From IMG/VR virus record IMGVR_UViG_3300029268_000005: DNA of 64,000 nt; one strand, 5' to 3'. This document shows positions 19,243 through 28,681 of this stretch, in pieces. The notes below the pieces were generated by a model. That model made no database searches and had not been told where the DNA came from. It was given only the letters and a program-made list of their open reading frames with translations. This stretch comes from an uncultured virus (IMG/VR IMGVR_UViG_3300029268_000005) (taxonomy: Duplodnaviria > Heunggongvirae > Uroviricota > Caudoviricetes). Every line of letters starts with the position of its first letter. Positions within the stretch are counted from its first letter, which is position 1. Both the position numbers and the translations under genes were made by a program.

Positions 19243-19860
19243 TTAACCGAAGGTTAGCGGCCAGTCTATTCCGATTTGCAGGCTGGGCAACTTGGTCAGT
19301 TGACTAGCAGCCTCGTAGTACCACCGACAATAGATGAGGTCTTGTGAATCGTCGGCGTAGTCAGGTGTGACAACCAATGCACCACCATACACGCGACTCT
19401 GCTGTGTGCTGGAGAACTCCAGACCGTTGATACCAACAGTACCCGTAGTCTGCGCAAAACATGTCAGCTTATTACCGCGCGGGAATATAAGCTCATTGGT
19501 TGACTCTTTGACAGCTGCCACAAGGGGCACGCGCAAATAGTCACGCAGCCCTGACAAGTTGCGATAGTAAGACAGAGCATCGTCTCGATTGACGGTAGGC
19601 GGCGATACTTCAGCGCCGGCGTTATTCTCAAACTCAATGTACATGGCCGAGATGTTGTACGACTTGCCATCAACAGAGCCGCGAAGCAGTTCGCATTGAA
19701 CTGTCGCCCAGTCGTACATTATGTCGTTGTGGTTGAACTTGCCACCAGGAAACCACAAACCTGAAACACGCAGTTGCGGACGGATGTATGTAAAACCGTT
19801 CGCTGAAAATTGTTGCCACAACCGTGCAGCGCCGGCTGCATATGTACCAGGCTTAAGCAT
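19243..19860 (-). CDS. Putative baseplate structural protein
   Basis: 205 aa; AGGAG RBS; gene context. Confidence 0.5.
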   Translation of the reverse strand: MLKPGTYAAGAARLWQQFSANGFTYIRPQLRVSGLWFPGGKFNHNDIMYDWATVQCELLRGSVDGKSYNISAMYIEFENNAGAEVSPPTVNRDDALSYYRNLSGLRDYLRVPLVAAVKESTNELIFPRGNKLTCFAQTTGTVGINGLEFSSTQQSRVYGGALVVTPDYADDSQDLIYCRWYYEAASQLTKLPSLQIGIDWPLTFG

Positions 19861-19870
19861 AAAGGCTCCT

Positions 19871-21514
19871 TCAAGGGCAGTAGCAGTCTATATATCGAAG
19901 TCTTGGTTGTTCGACTATACGCTCAGTGACCACCGTCTCGCCTGTAGGCTCCGCAGCGTAGTAAGTGCTAGCCGATTCTAGTATGTTGCCGGCGGGCGTA
20001 ATTGTGTCGCCTACGCCACTAAGCCTGAACACTAGCAACAAGGAACTAAACGACGGCAGTATGTGTCTAAGCATTCGTAGCAATGCGTAGTCTAGCCTGT
20101 TAGGCCCCAAATAGGCTGTCTTTGCCTGGATCACCAGCGCATGTCGACGTAGAACATTGGCTGCCAAGAATTCAAGAGGATTGACGGTAGCTGGCAGATT
20201 GCCTGCTCTGGGCGGATCCTCTTTGATTGTTCGCGTATCCAGCAAGTCTGCCAAGGTCTGTCCAGCGGCTAATCCACGAGAATGTACCTCGTCCCAGAAC
20301 TTGGCAATGTCCAGTGGCCAGCCACCGACTTCGAATGACACCTTGGCGATGCCTTCAACGTCAGTAACAGTTAGAGGTACGTCGGCATTACGAAACGTTA
20401 TGCCGTCTAGGTAGCCTGGAGCCAGATACTCCTTGCCCAGCGTCACGGCAAATAGCGAGTCAGGCACATTTCCACGATTAAGGTCAATCGCCTGAAAGGC
20501 TTCACCTAGCGTTTGACCTCTGTACAGCACATCGCCAATTGCGACGGTTGCTGTATCGTCGATATGCAGCTTGTAAACGTTGTCAGACGTTATGACGAGC
20601 AGATTGCGTGAGTCTGTGACAACATCCTCAACCACTTCACCGTCCGTCTCTGCTATAGGCACATCGACAACTGCTGACAACAGTTGCCGTATGACGTACT
20701 CGGAGCCGCCGTTGGTCAGCCCATTCCAATAGGCCTGCAGAAACCGTCGATAATTCTCACTAGTGGCTTGGCGAAGACCTAGCTGATACCCAAGGTGATA
20801 CCATGGTAAGTCTCTGTCTTCCACAGGCTGAAACATCCACAGCGTTATCTCTGTGTCTGTTACTTCGCTGCCTGTGTAAACAAGTTCACTGCTGATTCGG
20901 CTGTCATCAAACGGCTGGGTGTAGAAAACCAACTGGCCGTTAGCCGCGTCATATTCGTAATCCAGGCCAGCCACCAGTGTGATGCTAGGCGAGAAAATAC
21001 GATCAGTCAGCAATAGCGGTGCTGCTGTCAGAGCCAGCGGGCATGGGAAGCTGTATGTGTGTCTGTCCAGCAGTTGGCCATAATACTTGATGTTACTTAC
21101 AGCCGGGGAGCCGCCGCCGGATAGTACAAGCTCGTTCCAGTCGTCTTCTGTCAGCTCAAACCAGTCTTCAGGGTTGAACTCAAGCCAGTCCTGCGTGATC
21201 TCAGACGGTATACCGGCATACGTGACATTCTCACCGTACCGCAGAGCGCTTATGGCGGCAGAATTGCACTCAGAGCGGCGTAGCTTGATTTGATACCATC
21301 TGTGACGTTGCCCGAGCGGCAGTGTCTCCCTGGAAAGCGAGTCCTGCAGATGTCGCAGGTTTGCCTGCGTCTGTCTATGCAGAAGCGCCTGGCCTTCTAG
21401 TATGTCCTGTAGAAGGAAGCGGCCAGAATACTGCTCAGACCAGAAAGAGCCCAGATAAGTCAACAGGGCTTCTGGCTGGTCTAGTTCGCCAGCGGGATAG
21501 ATGGTAGGGGCCAT
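19871..21514 (-). CDS. Putative baseplate wedge protein
   Basis: LGSFWS N-terminus; YRRFLQAYWNGLTNGGS..IRQLLSAV (tail-wedge-like); TGGTAGAAT 6 nt upstream of ATG suggests a leaderless transcript. Confidence 0.55.
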   Translation of the reverse strand: MAPTIYPAGELDQPEALLTYLGSFWSEQYSGRFLLQDILEGQALLHRQTQANLRHLQDSLSRETLPLGQRHRWYQIKLRRSECNSAAISALRYGENVTYAGIPSEITQDWLEFNPEDWFELTEDDWNELVLSGGGSPAVSNIKYYGQLLDRHTYSFPCPLALTAAPLLLTDRIFSPSITLVAGLDYEYDAANGQLVFYTQPFDDSRISSELVYTGSEVTDTEITLWMFQPVEDRDLPWYHLGYQLGLRQATSENYRRFLQAYWNGLTNGGSEYVIRQLLSAVVDVPIAETDGEVVEDVVTDSRNLLVITSDNVYKLHIDDTATVAIGDVLYRGQTLGEAFQAIDLNRGNVPDSLFAVTLGKEYLAPGYLDGITFRNADVPLTVTDVEGIAKVSFEVGGWPLDIAKFWDEVHSRGLAAGQTLADLLDTRTIKEDPPRAGNLPATVNPLEFLAANVLRRHALVIQAKTAYLGPNRLDYALLRMLRHILPSFSSLLLVFRLSGVGDTITPAGNILESASTYYAAEPTGETVVTERIVEQPRLRYIDCYCP

Positions 21515-21543
21515 AGGCCTATTCTACCAGGAAACCTGATAGC

Positions 21544-21879
21544 CTAAGAACGCCACTTCCGCAGCGTGTCAGGCATGGGAAAGGGGTTGTCCATCCGTAG
21601 AGGACGATAGGCGAATATCCGAAGCACCAGGATTACCGCACCGTTGATGACGAACAACACACGAGACATCAAGGGGGAACAGTGGTCCGATATGATCGGC
21701 ATCAGATAGTCAGAGACCCCCAGGAACATGATGAAGACGCCGTACCAGAAGCCTGCGCTACAGTACCACGGCAGATTGCTTTGTGTGGGCTGCGTACGTT
21801 CGGCCAGAGGGCCTAGATCAGCTTGCGTCAGCTGAGGCTCTGTAGTCTCGCACGATTTGTTCTGTGTCGGCTCGGTCAC
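21544..21879 (-). CDS. Holin-like two-TM membrane protein
   Basis: PWYCSAGFWYGVFIMFLG and LFVINGAVILVLR hydrophobic helices; basic C-terminus. Confidence 0.6.
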   Translation of the reverse strand: MTEPTQNKSCETTEPQLTQADLGPLAERTQPTQSNLPWYCSAGFWYGVFIMFLGVSDYLMPIISDHCSPLMSRVLFVINGAVILVLRIFAYRPLRMDNPFPMPDTLRKWRS

Positions 21880-22120
21880 GATTCAGCCACCATTTGAACA
21901 GCAGATTGATGACTATGGACAACGCCCACAACACAAGTATTGGACTACCGTAGGTTTCCCTGTAGTCCGCTATAGCCTGCGTCCGTATACGCTTGTCGTC
22001 GAAGCCGTTTGTGTCCCACTTGGCAACTATAAGCTTGAGCCATCGTCTGGCAGGCTTGCGTCCAGCTCGAAGTCGAATAGATTGGCTGAATAGGGCCTCT
22101 TCGAATTCTTCAGGACGCAT
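21818..22120 (-). CDS. Hypothetical protein with one TM helix
   Basis: Start MRPEEF (GGAGG RBS); YGSPILVLWALSIVINLLFKWW. Confidence 0.6.
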   Translation of the reverse strand: MRPEEFEEALFSQSIRLRAGRKPARRWLKLIVAKWDTNGFDDKRIRTQAIADYRETYGSPILVLWALSIVINLLFKWWLNRDRADTEQIVRDYRASADAS

Positions 22121-22122
22121 GG

Positions 22123-22683
22123 CTACCTCCGACGGAAAAATAGACCTCTCGGCGCATAGCCAGTGCTCTGTTGCGGAGTGCCGCAACTGCCTGACGGGCA
22201 CGAGCCAGAGGTCTGACCACCGATCGTGCAGGCTCCGTTTGCACAGTCGCTCTGCTGAAAAGGTGTCCAGGCCTTAGGCGTTTTGTTGGTCTGTACGGTG
22301 ATAGACAGGCCGTTGTTCTGCACGTTGTCGAGCAGCGTGTTGATCTTCTGCGCAGTTTGCTTGGCTGTATCCGTCAGATCCGAAATGCCTAGCCAGCTGC
22401 TGGGAGATCCAGCAGAACCGGAGCTACAATCTGGGCACGGCGTCTGGTGTCCGTCACCGTGTGTAATGTAGCCCGTGTTGTTGCAGCTAGGGCATACACC
22501 TGGAACAGGCGGCGTAGGAATAACTGGTTCGAATGAGGTCAGGCTGACCACGGTCACAGACGCTGCAGCAACATCTAGTGATATTGCGTCATGACCTCGC
22601 CAGTCGTAACGAACACCAGGCACAGTGGTCTGGCAGCCCGACAGACACAGACCAACACAGGCGGCTAACAACAATGATCGCAT
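22123..22683 (-). CDS. Cys-rich lipoprotein (Planctomycete-style)
   Basis: Lipobox LSGC; CPSCNNTG..GDGH..CPDC zinc-finger-like motif; CANGAC..CPSGSC. Confidence 0.7.
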   Translation of the reverse strand: MRSLLLAACVGLCLSGCQTTVPGVRYDWRGHDAISLDVAAASVTVVSLTSFEPVIPTPPVPGVCPSCNNTGYITHGDGHQTPCPDCSSGSAGSPSSWLGISDLTDTAKQTAQKINTLLDNVQNNGLSITVQTNKTPKAWTPFQQSDCANGACTIGGQTSGSCPSGSCGTPQQSTGYAPRGLFFRRR

Positions 22684-22687
22684 AGTG

Positions 22688-23638
22688 TTACCCTAACACG
22701 TCTGAGGGGGTGCCGTAGTTCGGCAGCTTCTTAGCGGGTATGCCAACGACGTCGCAGTAGAAGAACATTGAGCGTGACCTTAGGAAATATTGAGCCCACA
22801 TTTCTTCGCTCAACAGGAACGAACCCACAGGCCACGGCCCGTACAGTTCGTCAGGCCACACGCGCGGCTTGTTATTCCATTTGCCCCAGGAATTTGCGAC
22901 CAGGAACACGCAGCAGGGGTAAACCTGCTTGGTGTCGTCCATGCCAATGGTGGCCATGTCATGATTCCACGACTTACCACGCACAGCCAAGCCGCGAGCA
23001 TCTGAGCTGGCCTGCACGCCGAATTGCTGGCCTGAGTGGCAGGCGTAGCCAGCTGCGAACAGGGCCTTAGCTTCGGCTATATCGCCAGGTGCCACGTAGC
23101 GTCCGACATGATGCTTCTTGCACTCGGCTATCATTTCAGCCGGCATGCCTCGGAGCCAGTTGTCACATATCCATTCGTTGAGCTTAGACAAGTCAGCGAA
23201 CGGGTACTTCTCACGAAACAGGAAACCGGTGTCCACTTCGAAACGTGTAGCTACAGCCGGATCCATACCCTCGCCGCGCGAGCCACGCGCACCGTACGTA
23301 GGCTCGGTGGCTCCACGTTTGTAGTATTCCTCGGCTTCACCCTTGATGTCGATTTCTACCGAGCGAGTAGTGTCTCGGCAGTTACGAGATCCGTGGCTGA
23401 CACAGCTACCTCTGACCTGGGCCTCAAGTCCAAATGCTCCTGGGTCATACTTTTCACGAGACTTCCACAGTAACGCCAAGGCCTTATCACCTATGCCACG
23501 AAGATGCGGGCAGGCCGCACCAAATGTCGTGGCCTTGCCATCGGCAAACAGCCGCTCCATCGTGGCCTTGTTGTACTGCCAACCAAGCAAGCCGCATTCG
23601 TAAGCAGACACAATGTCTTGCGGAGTCCGGAAAAGCAT
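22688..23638 (-). CDS. Papain-like (C1 family) cysteine peptidase
   Basis: QVRGSCVSHG (oxyanion Gln and catalytic Cys); WNHDMATIG (His); ANSWG (Asn). Confidence 0.85.
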   Translation of the reverse strand: MLFRTPQDIVSAYECGLLGWQYNKATMERLFADGKATTFGAACPHLRGIGDKALALLWKSREKYDPGAFGLEAQVRGSCVSHGSRNCRDTTRSVEIDIKGEAEEYYKRGATEPTYGARGSRGEGMDPAVATRFEVDTGFLFREKYPFADLSKLNEWICDNWLRGMPAEMIAECKKHHVGRYVAPGDIAEAKALFAAGYACHSGQQFGVQASSDARGLAVRGKSWNHDMATIGMDDTKQVYPCCVFLVANSWGKWNNKPRVWPDELYGPWPVGSFLLSEEMWAQYFLRSRSMFFYCDVVGIPAKKLPNYGTPSDVLG

Positions 23639-23646
23639 ATATCACC

Positions 23647-24114
23647 TCACTTGGCTTGCAGACAGGCCCAAGCAACTGCGTTCAAGGCACTAACCAGAGA
23701 TGCCCGCAACGTAGTGCCATCGGTACGGGGCTTATTGAGGTCAGCCACCTCTAGACCAATTTGCTGCTGCAACACTTGATCAATAGCAGCAGCAAGCCCT
23801 GGTACTTTCGGTGTCAGGATTCCTGCAAAGCGTAGCGTTACAAAACGTGTATTGGCCTCTTTGAAGTCCCTAGTCGTTTTTATAACGCCGGCATCACGCT
23901 GCACAGTATCAGCCAAGGCAGCGTAGGCATAGCCAAGCTCGGCAGCCTGAGCATGACCTTTGAGCAACGTCGTTACAGGCTTAACCGCGTCTTGCAGACC
24001 AGCTGCCGGCGCAGTAATTACCGATGGCGTAACCGTCTCCTGCGGCCCAATCACTCGCGGAGCCACAACCAGAACGAGCGCCAAAGCAAGTAAGATCCCT
24101 CGTAGCTTAGTCAC
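23647..24114 (-). CDS. Secreted or membrane-anchored helical protein
   Basis: Start moved to GTG 24114 after AAGGAGG; N-terminal LLALALVLVVA. Confidence 0.65.
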   Translation of the reverse strand: MTKLRGILLALALVLVVAPRVIGPQETVTPSVITAPAAGLQDAVKPVTTLLKGHAQAAELGYAYAALADTVQRDAGVIKTTRDFKEANTRFVTLRFAGILTPKVPGLAAAIDQVLQQQIGLEVADLNKPRTDGTTLRASLVSALNAVAWACLQAK

Positions 24115-24145
24115 GGCAAACCTCCTTGCCTGCACGGTTTGACCG

Positions 24146-24511
24146 TTATTCAGGCTTAGGAATGACAACGTCCGGAGCCTTTGTCCAATCAACGCGATAA
24201 TGCGGCGGATCAGCGCCGACAATAAGCGCAGGTAGTACGATGTATCGCAGAGCCTCTGTGGCATTAGCACAGCCCTCGACACGGGCCATGAGCGCACGGA
24301 AGCAGCGATACAGCTCGTAGTCTTCGCCCTGCAGCTTACTGACCTTTGCAGTTTCTGCCGTAGGCACGATCCACGCCTGCTGCTCAGGCGTCGCAGCTGT
24401 GCCACTGGGCTTAATCTTGAATTTCAGCTTGCTGACTACTGCCGGAAGCCATGACGCAACCAGCAACACAACAACAGCTGCCGCTAACCAATCAGTCAGA
24501 CTTAGATTCAT
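24146..24511 (-). CDS. Membrane-anchored hypothetical protein
   Basis: Start MNLSLTD; TM helix WLAAAVVVLLVASWL. Confidence 0.6.
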   Translation of the reverse strand: MNLSLTDWLAAAVVVLLVASWLPAVVSKLKFKIKPSGTAATPEQQAWIVPTAETAKVSKLQGEDYELYRCFRALMARVEGCANATEALRYIVLPALIVGADPPHYRVDWTKAPDVVIPKPE

Positions 24512-24869
24512 CTGGCCACCCCTCAGTGTTGAATTTGGTGACAAGCTTGTCGATCAGTCGACCTGCAACAGACAACATCGTCTGTTTGATCATCGGGTCG
24601 ATGACCGAAGTTTCCAGGTAGGCGGGCACCAATGGGATATCGAGAGGCTCAATGACCTCGTCGTAGAACTTCTCGAGCGTGGCGAGGACAAGCTCTTTCT
24701 TGATACGGCCAATGACTTCCCACTGCTGCGCAATGAGAACGGCCTTCTCGACCAGCTTGCAGAAGGTATCCCAGATATGCCCGATGGCAATCTCGCCGGT
24801 CAGCTGGCCTTGAGCGTTGGTCAAAGCACCTTGTAGCTGTTCGGCGATTTTGGTGTAGAGCTGACTCAT
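24492..24869 (-). CDS. Hypothetical helical protein
   Basis: Start MSQLY after GAGGGAG; KKELV..YDEVIEPLDIP; TACAAT -10-like element upstream. Confidence 0.65.
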   Translation of the reverse strand: MSQLYTKIAEQLQGALTNAQGQLTGEIAIGHIWDTFCKLVEKAVLIAQQWEVIGRIKKELVLATLEKFYDEVIEPLDIPLVPAYLETSVIDPMIKQTMLSVAGRLIDKLVTKFNTEGWPDESKSD

Positions 24870-24954
24870 CTCTGTGTTCTCCCTCAAAAGTCAAGTCATT
24901 GCATGCAATCACTGCTTGTATTGTACTTTTGAGTTACAGTCAGCGTCAACAGAA

Positions 24955-24982
24955 ACGGCCAGGGGGAAAAACCCCTGGCCGT
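24955..24982 (-). terminator. Hairpin, probable intrinsic terminator
   Basis: ACGGCCAGGGG / CCCCTGGCCGT 11-bp stem with a short U-tract on the minus strand. Confidence 0.6.
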
Positions 24983-25010
24983 CGCTGCCACATCCAACCA
25001 CACTCCCACA

Positions 25011-25313
25011 CTACCGGCAGCAGCGCGTCCTGCGCTCGTGCCGGGCACATCCACGCTTCACAACATGAACAATGGCCGCGCCAGTCCTGCCAACCACCTT
25101 GGCGGTTTTGACGCACAGCTCACGGCTCTCAGCCTTGATTTTGGCTACGACCGGGGCCCGACAAGCCGCAGCAGGCTCAGCCTGGGCTGCCTCCGGTGCG
25201 ACAAGCCTGCAGCCGTTGGGCCCACAGACCTTGCCAGGAGCCATCGCATGGCTGTCAGTAACGAAGCTCAAAGCCAGCGACAGCAGCACAACAAGCAGTA
25301 ACAGATACTTCAT
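25011..25313 (-). CDS. Small secreted Cys-containing protein
   Basis: Signal peptide MKYLLLLVVLLSLALS; CGPNGC; basic C-terminus ending RCCR; GAGGAGG RBS. Confidence 0.7.
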   Translation of the reverse strand: MKYLLLLVVLLSLALSFVTDSHAMAPGKVCGPNGCRLVAPEAAQAEPAAACRAPVVAKIKAESRELCVKTAKVVGRTGAAIVHVVKRGCARHERRTRCCR

Positions 25314-25331
25314 CGGTTTTCCTCCTCGAAT

Positions 25332-25349
25332 GTAATTAGCGCTAATTAC
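25332..25349. promoter_or_regulatory. Palindrome copy 2
   Basis: GTAATTAGCGCTAATTAC, between the baseplate J stop and the next RBS. Confidence 0.85.
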
Positions 25350-25355
25350 GAGCGC

Positions 25356-27017
25356 TCAAACTTCAATCATATTAGCCGTACGGACAGAAATTGCAATATC
25401 GTCTTCGCTGATGAACAGGGCAATGGTCCGACCACTGGACATATTGTCGTCGTCGGCAGGCAATTCCAGCACATCCGTAGTGGCCGTGTACTGCAGTTCT
25501 CCGTTAGGCTTACGAATCACTGCCAATAGCTCTAGCGCCCGAACATGGGCTGGAGAGGACAGATAGGCGTGTATGACATCGGTCAGAGCCGATGTAGACA
25601 GCACATTGGTGAAACCAAGGTTGTGGATGTATGCCGCCAGATCGCTACGGATCGCTGCAACGTCTGGCGTTGTTTGCCCTGGCGACAGTTCTATGGTGAA
25701 CGACATGTGCAGGAAGCACGGTATCGGGGCTTTGATCAATATGTCGCCAGCGCCATTCAAAAAGCTGCGACGTGAAGCCCAATCCTGAATGGCAGCAATA
25801 TCCGGCATACGCTCCACAGTTACATCGTAGTCCTGCGTCGACACGTATGGCGTTAGTGACGCTGTCGGTGTGGTCGAATCAACGAACTGGATAACGGCGG
25901 TCTGGAATCGACTGTACGTTGACTCTAGGGCTGTAGCAATGTCGGGAAGTAACCCACCGGATTCAAGTGCGCTTATATCAGTGCCGCGCACGTCGCTGTA
26001 GACTGCGAACGTACCGCTATCTGTGCTGCCAGAAGCCACAATACGTGAGGCATAGTAGAAGCCTGGGGCCTCTTCACGATCAATCGAAAACTGCCACAGG
26101 CCGCCGCTTCCGTCGCTAGCACGTCCAACATATGTGGCTGTCTTGGCTAGCATAGTGCTGAGTGGTCGGATACGTGTACGTACGTACCAGTCTGTGCAGC
26201 CACCAACAGAGCACGGCATAAGGCTATGCTGATCTCGCAGCATTCCAGCATCGCCCATTCCAAGTATCGAGTCCGACAGTATCTGCGGAAAGGCAGAAGC
26301 ATCCCTGATCGCGGCACTCATATGGGCGCGACCACCACAGGTCTTAACTGTCAGACCATCGGACAGTCGAGCGATAAGATCCGTATTGGTCTCCTCGTCG
26401 CGGCCATCAGAAAAGTCTGAAGTGACGTAGGCTTTGACAAAGTACGACGGCTGCGGAATGACACTCAACTCAGTGCCACGCAACAGCATGTAGCTACTGC
26501 CGACTGAGGCAGCCACAAGCTCAATAGTAAAGCTGTAGTTGCCGTCACTCAACTCCTGCAACACGCGGTCCTGATCAGACACAACATTATCAACAGATGT
26601 GCGCGCAGAGAAACTAGCGGCAGTGGTAAACTGCAGACCATTGGCCTCAAAGAGCGTACCCGCCGCTATTGTTACTGGCTGCAATGCATTGAGCTGAATG
26701 GTGACTGTGCCGCCAGCGAAGCTACCTGCACTTCTTACAACGCCGTGGTTGTAGAGTACGGCATCCACCAGATCGTCTGAGACGAGTGAAGGATTCTCCA
26801 CCAGGCGTTGCAGGCTCAGAGCATCAGACATGTTTGTCAGCTCGGTCTGGTGCTTAGCTGCAAACATAGCCCCAGGAACCAGTAGAAGGCTGCGCAATAC
26901 GCCTGACCGTAGATCCAGACTAGGATTGTATTCAGCCAGTAGCGCTGTCAGCAATTCAAGCTGCTGCTCAACTAGCGTAGGATCAAGATCAGAAAAGCTG
27001 GCAACATCAGTACCCAT
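25356..27017 (-). CDS. Baseplate J-like wedge protein
   Basis: LDLRSGVLRSLLL; VTIAAGTLF..GLQFTT; FSDGRDEETNTDLIAR, the typical gpJ pattern. Confidence 0.8.
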   Translation of the reverse strand: MGTDVASFSDLDPTLVEQQLELLTALLAEYNPSLDLRSGVLRSLLLVPGAMFAAKHQTELTNMSDALSLQRLVENPSLVSDDLVDAVLYNHGVVRSAGSFAGGTVTIQLNALQPVTIAAGTLFEANGLQFTTAASFSARTSVDNVVSDQDRVLQELSDGNYSFTIELVAASVGSSYMLLRGTELSVIPQPSYFVKAYVTSDFSDGRDEETNTDLIARLSDGLTVKTCGGRAHMSAAIRDASAFPQILSDSILGMGDAGMLRDQHSLMPCSVGGCTDWYVRTRIRPLSTMLAKTATYVGRASDGSGGLWQFSIDREEAPGFYYASRIVASGSTDSGTFAVYSDVRGTDISALESGGLLPDIATALESTYSRFQTAVIQFVDSTTPTASLTPYVSTQDYDVTVERMPDIAAIQDWASRRSFLNGAGDILIKAPIPCFLHMSFTIELSPGQTTPDVAAIRSDLAAYIHNLGFTNVLSTSALTDVIHAYLSSPAHVRALELLAVIRKPNGELQYTATTDVLELPADDDNMSSGRTIALFISEDDIAISVRTANMIEV

Positions 27018-27026
27018 GGCTTTACC

Positions 27027-27497
27027 TCAAACCGTAACCGGAATAGGCAGTAGAATTCGTTGATCGCTGCCGGCTTTACTAATGAGCCGAATCACAATGA
27101 TCAGTCGACCGTGCTGTAGCGTTGTTGATAGAAGTTCAGCAGATTCGAAGCATTCGTCAGCAGGATCGGTGTCGGTCTCTTCTTTTTGAAACAGTATAGC
27201 TATGTCTGATACGGCTGCAGCAAACGCCGTTTCAACGTCACCTTCTGTTTGCAGATAGCCGCCTTCAGCCTCAGTCATGAAGTACGAGCCATCCTGCATA
27301 TCGAATGGGCAGGAGCCACGCTTCTGAAACAAGCGGATCAGAAACTTCTGCGCCAGCTTTTGAGGCCCAGCACAGATCTTGCCAGAGTTGCCTTGGCTAG
27401 CCAACGTCATCACCAACGGAGTTTCGCCGTACGGTTTGACGTCATCAAAGGCAAACAGGTCCACAGTCCTGCCGGCATAGTCTGCTATTGTTGTCAT
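27027..27497 (-). CDS. gp25/gpW-like baseplate protein (sheath initiator)
   Basis: GPQKLAQKFLIRLFQKRGS..DG; size and position directly upstream of the J-like gene. Confidence 0.7.
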   Translation of the reverse strand: MTTIADYAGRTVDLFAFDDVKPYGETPLVMTLASQGNSGKICAGPQKLAQKFLIRLFQKRGSCPFDMQDGSYFMTEAEGGYLQTEGDVETAFAAAVSDIAILFQKEETDTDPADECFESAELLSTTLQHGRLIIVIRLISKAGSDQRILLPIPVTV

Positions 27498-27937
27498 TCA
27501 GAGCTATCCTTGTTAGCTTTCTCAATACGCTCTAGATAGCCTCGCAGCAGCATCTGGATAGGCCCGCCACTATTACCATGACCTGCGGCCCGCCCTGCTG
27601 ACATAGCCATACAGCGACAGAAGGAACTGTGTCGCAATCTATAGGCTCGCTCCAGCACAGCTATGAAGTCGTGTTGAAGCTGTACAAGTGCATAATCTCC
27701 ATCCACACCGATGCTGGACTTACTCTCCAGAATAGACGCCATATCCTGCACTAGCGCGGTTCTGTCGAAGCTGTCGCTAAGCGACTCCCAGTCCTGCAGA
27801 TCCGGGGCCTCCCCAGGCGGAACATACCAATCCGACTGACCATTATTGGTCGTCTCTTTACCAAAGGCAGTAGACCATTCGCATAAACGGTCTATCTGCT
27901 TCAGAAATTCATCTCGCAGTTTGCCTTTGGCCGTCAT
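27494..27937 (-). CDS. Hypothetical protein
   Basis: 147 aa; ATGA-coupled to genes on both sides. Confidence 0.6.
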   Translation of the reverse strand: MTAKGKLRDEFLKQIDRLCEWSTAFGKETTNNGQSDWYVPPGEAPDLQDWESLSDSFDRTALVQDMASILESKSSIGVDGDYALVQLQHDFIAVLERAYRLRHSSFCRCMAMSAGRAAGHGNSGGPIQMLLRGYLERIEKANKDSSE

Positions 27938-28677
27938 TGGAATAGTCCAAGCTGTTCTTGTTGATCTAGCATGGCCTGAATCTTAGCACGCCGCTGACTA
28001 ATAGCGCCAGGAGACAGCTTAAGCTTAGTTGCAATCTGTTGTGTAGATAGCGGCCTATGCCCGTACATACCTAGCGAGTGTTCCAGTATCAGTTTGTCTT
28101 GATCCGGCAGGCTGGAATACACAGCTTCCAACCAAGGCTGGTCGCTGCTGGCTATAGTGGGCGAATGACCAGCTCCGCTTCCGGACTCATCGCGCTCTAT
28201 GAAGTACCCCTCAGACACCGGAGGCTTGTACTGTCTTACACGAGCAATACGGGCAACAGACAAGCCGGTACTGTCAGCTAGTTCTTCGGTAGTAGGGTCG
28301 CGACCATACCTGTCACGAAGATCATTCTCTGCAGAGCTCAGATGGGCCTGATCTAGAGACACACGCTCAGGTGTTCGAATTATCTGCTGCTGTTCTCTAG
28401 ACACTCGACGCAGGCCTTGCAGCGAATTGATAACAAACGTGCTCAGCTTAGACTCGGCAGGATCGTATCGTTGCAGTGACTGCAGAAGGATGCGCTTTGC
28501 GTGGCCTTGTATGGTCGGCCCGGCGTCTGATCCGACATGGGCCTGTATGCCCTTATCAATACTAGGCTGTATGGCCCGCAGCATTCTATTGGCGCTCTCA
28601 GGCGTCGGCATTTTACGCCACTCAGAGAACTCAGCCGGCGTATCGGTCTTTGTGCTGAACTGCTGTCTAGTAGGCAT
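27934..28677 (-). CDS. Sigma-70 family RNA polymerase sigma factor (regions 2-4; FliA/SigB-like architecture)
   Basis: RYDPAESKLSTFVINSL (region 2); GRDPTTEELADSTGLS (region 3); LPDQDKLIL..LSTQQIATKLKLSPGAISQRRAKI (region 4 HTH). Start moved to MPTRQ after GGAGG. Confidence 0.88.
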   Translation of the reverse strand: MPTRQQFSTKTDTPAEFSEWRKMPTPESANRMLRAIQPSIDKGIQAHVGSDAGPTIQGHAKRILLQSLQRYDPAESKLSTFVINSLQGLRRVSREQQQIIRTPERVSLDQAHLSSAENDLRDRYGRDPTTEELADSTGLSVARIARVRQYKPPVSEGYFIERDESGSGAGHSPTIASSDQPWLEAVYSSLPDQDKLILEHSLGMYGHRPLSTQQIATKLKLSPGAISQRRAKIQAMLDQQEQLGLFQ

Positions 28678-28681
28678 GAGC

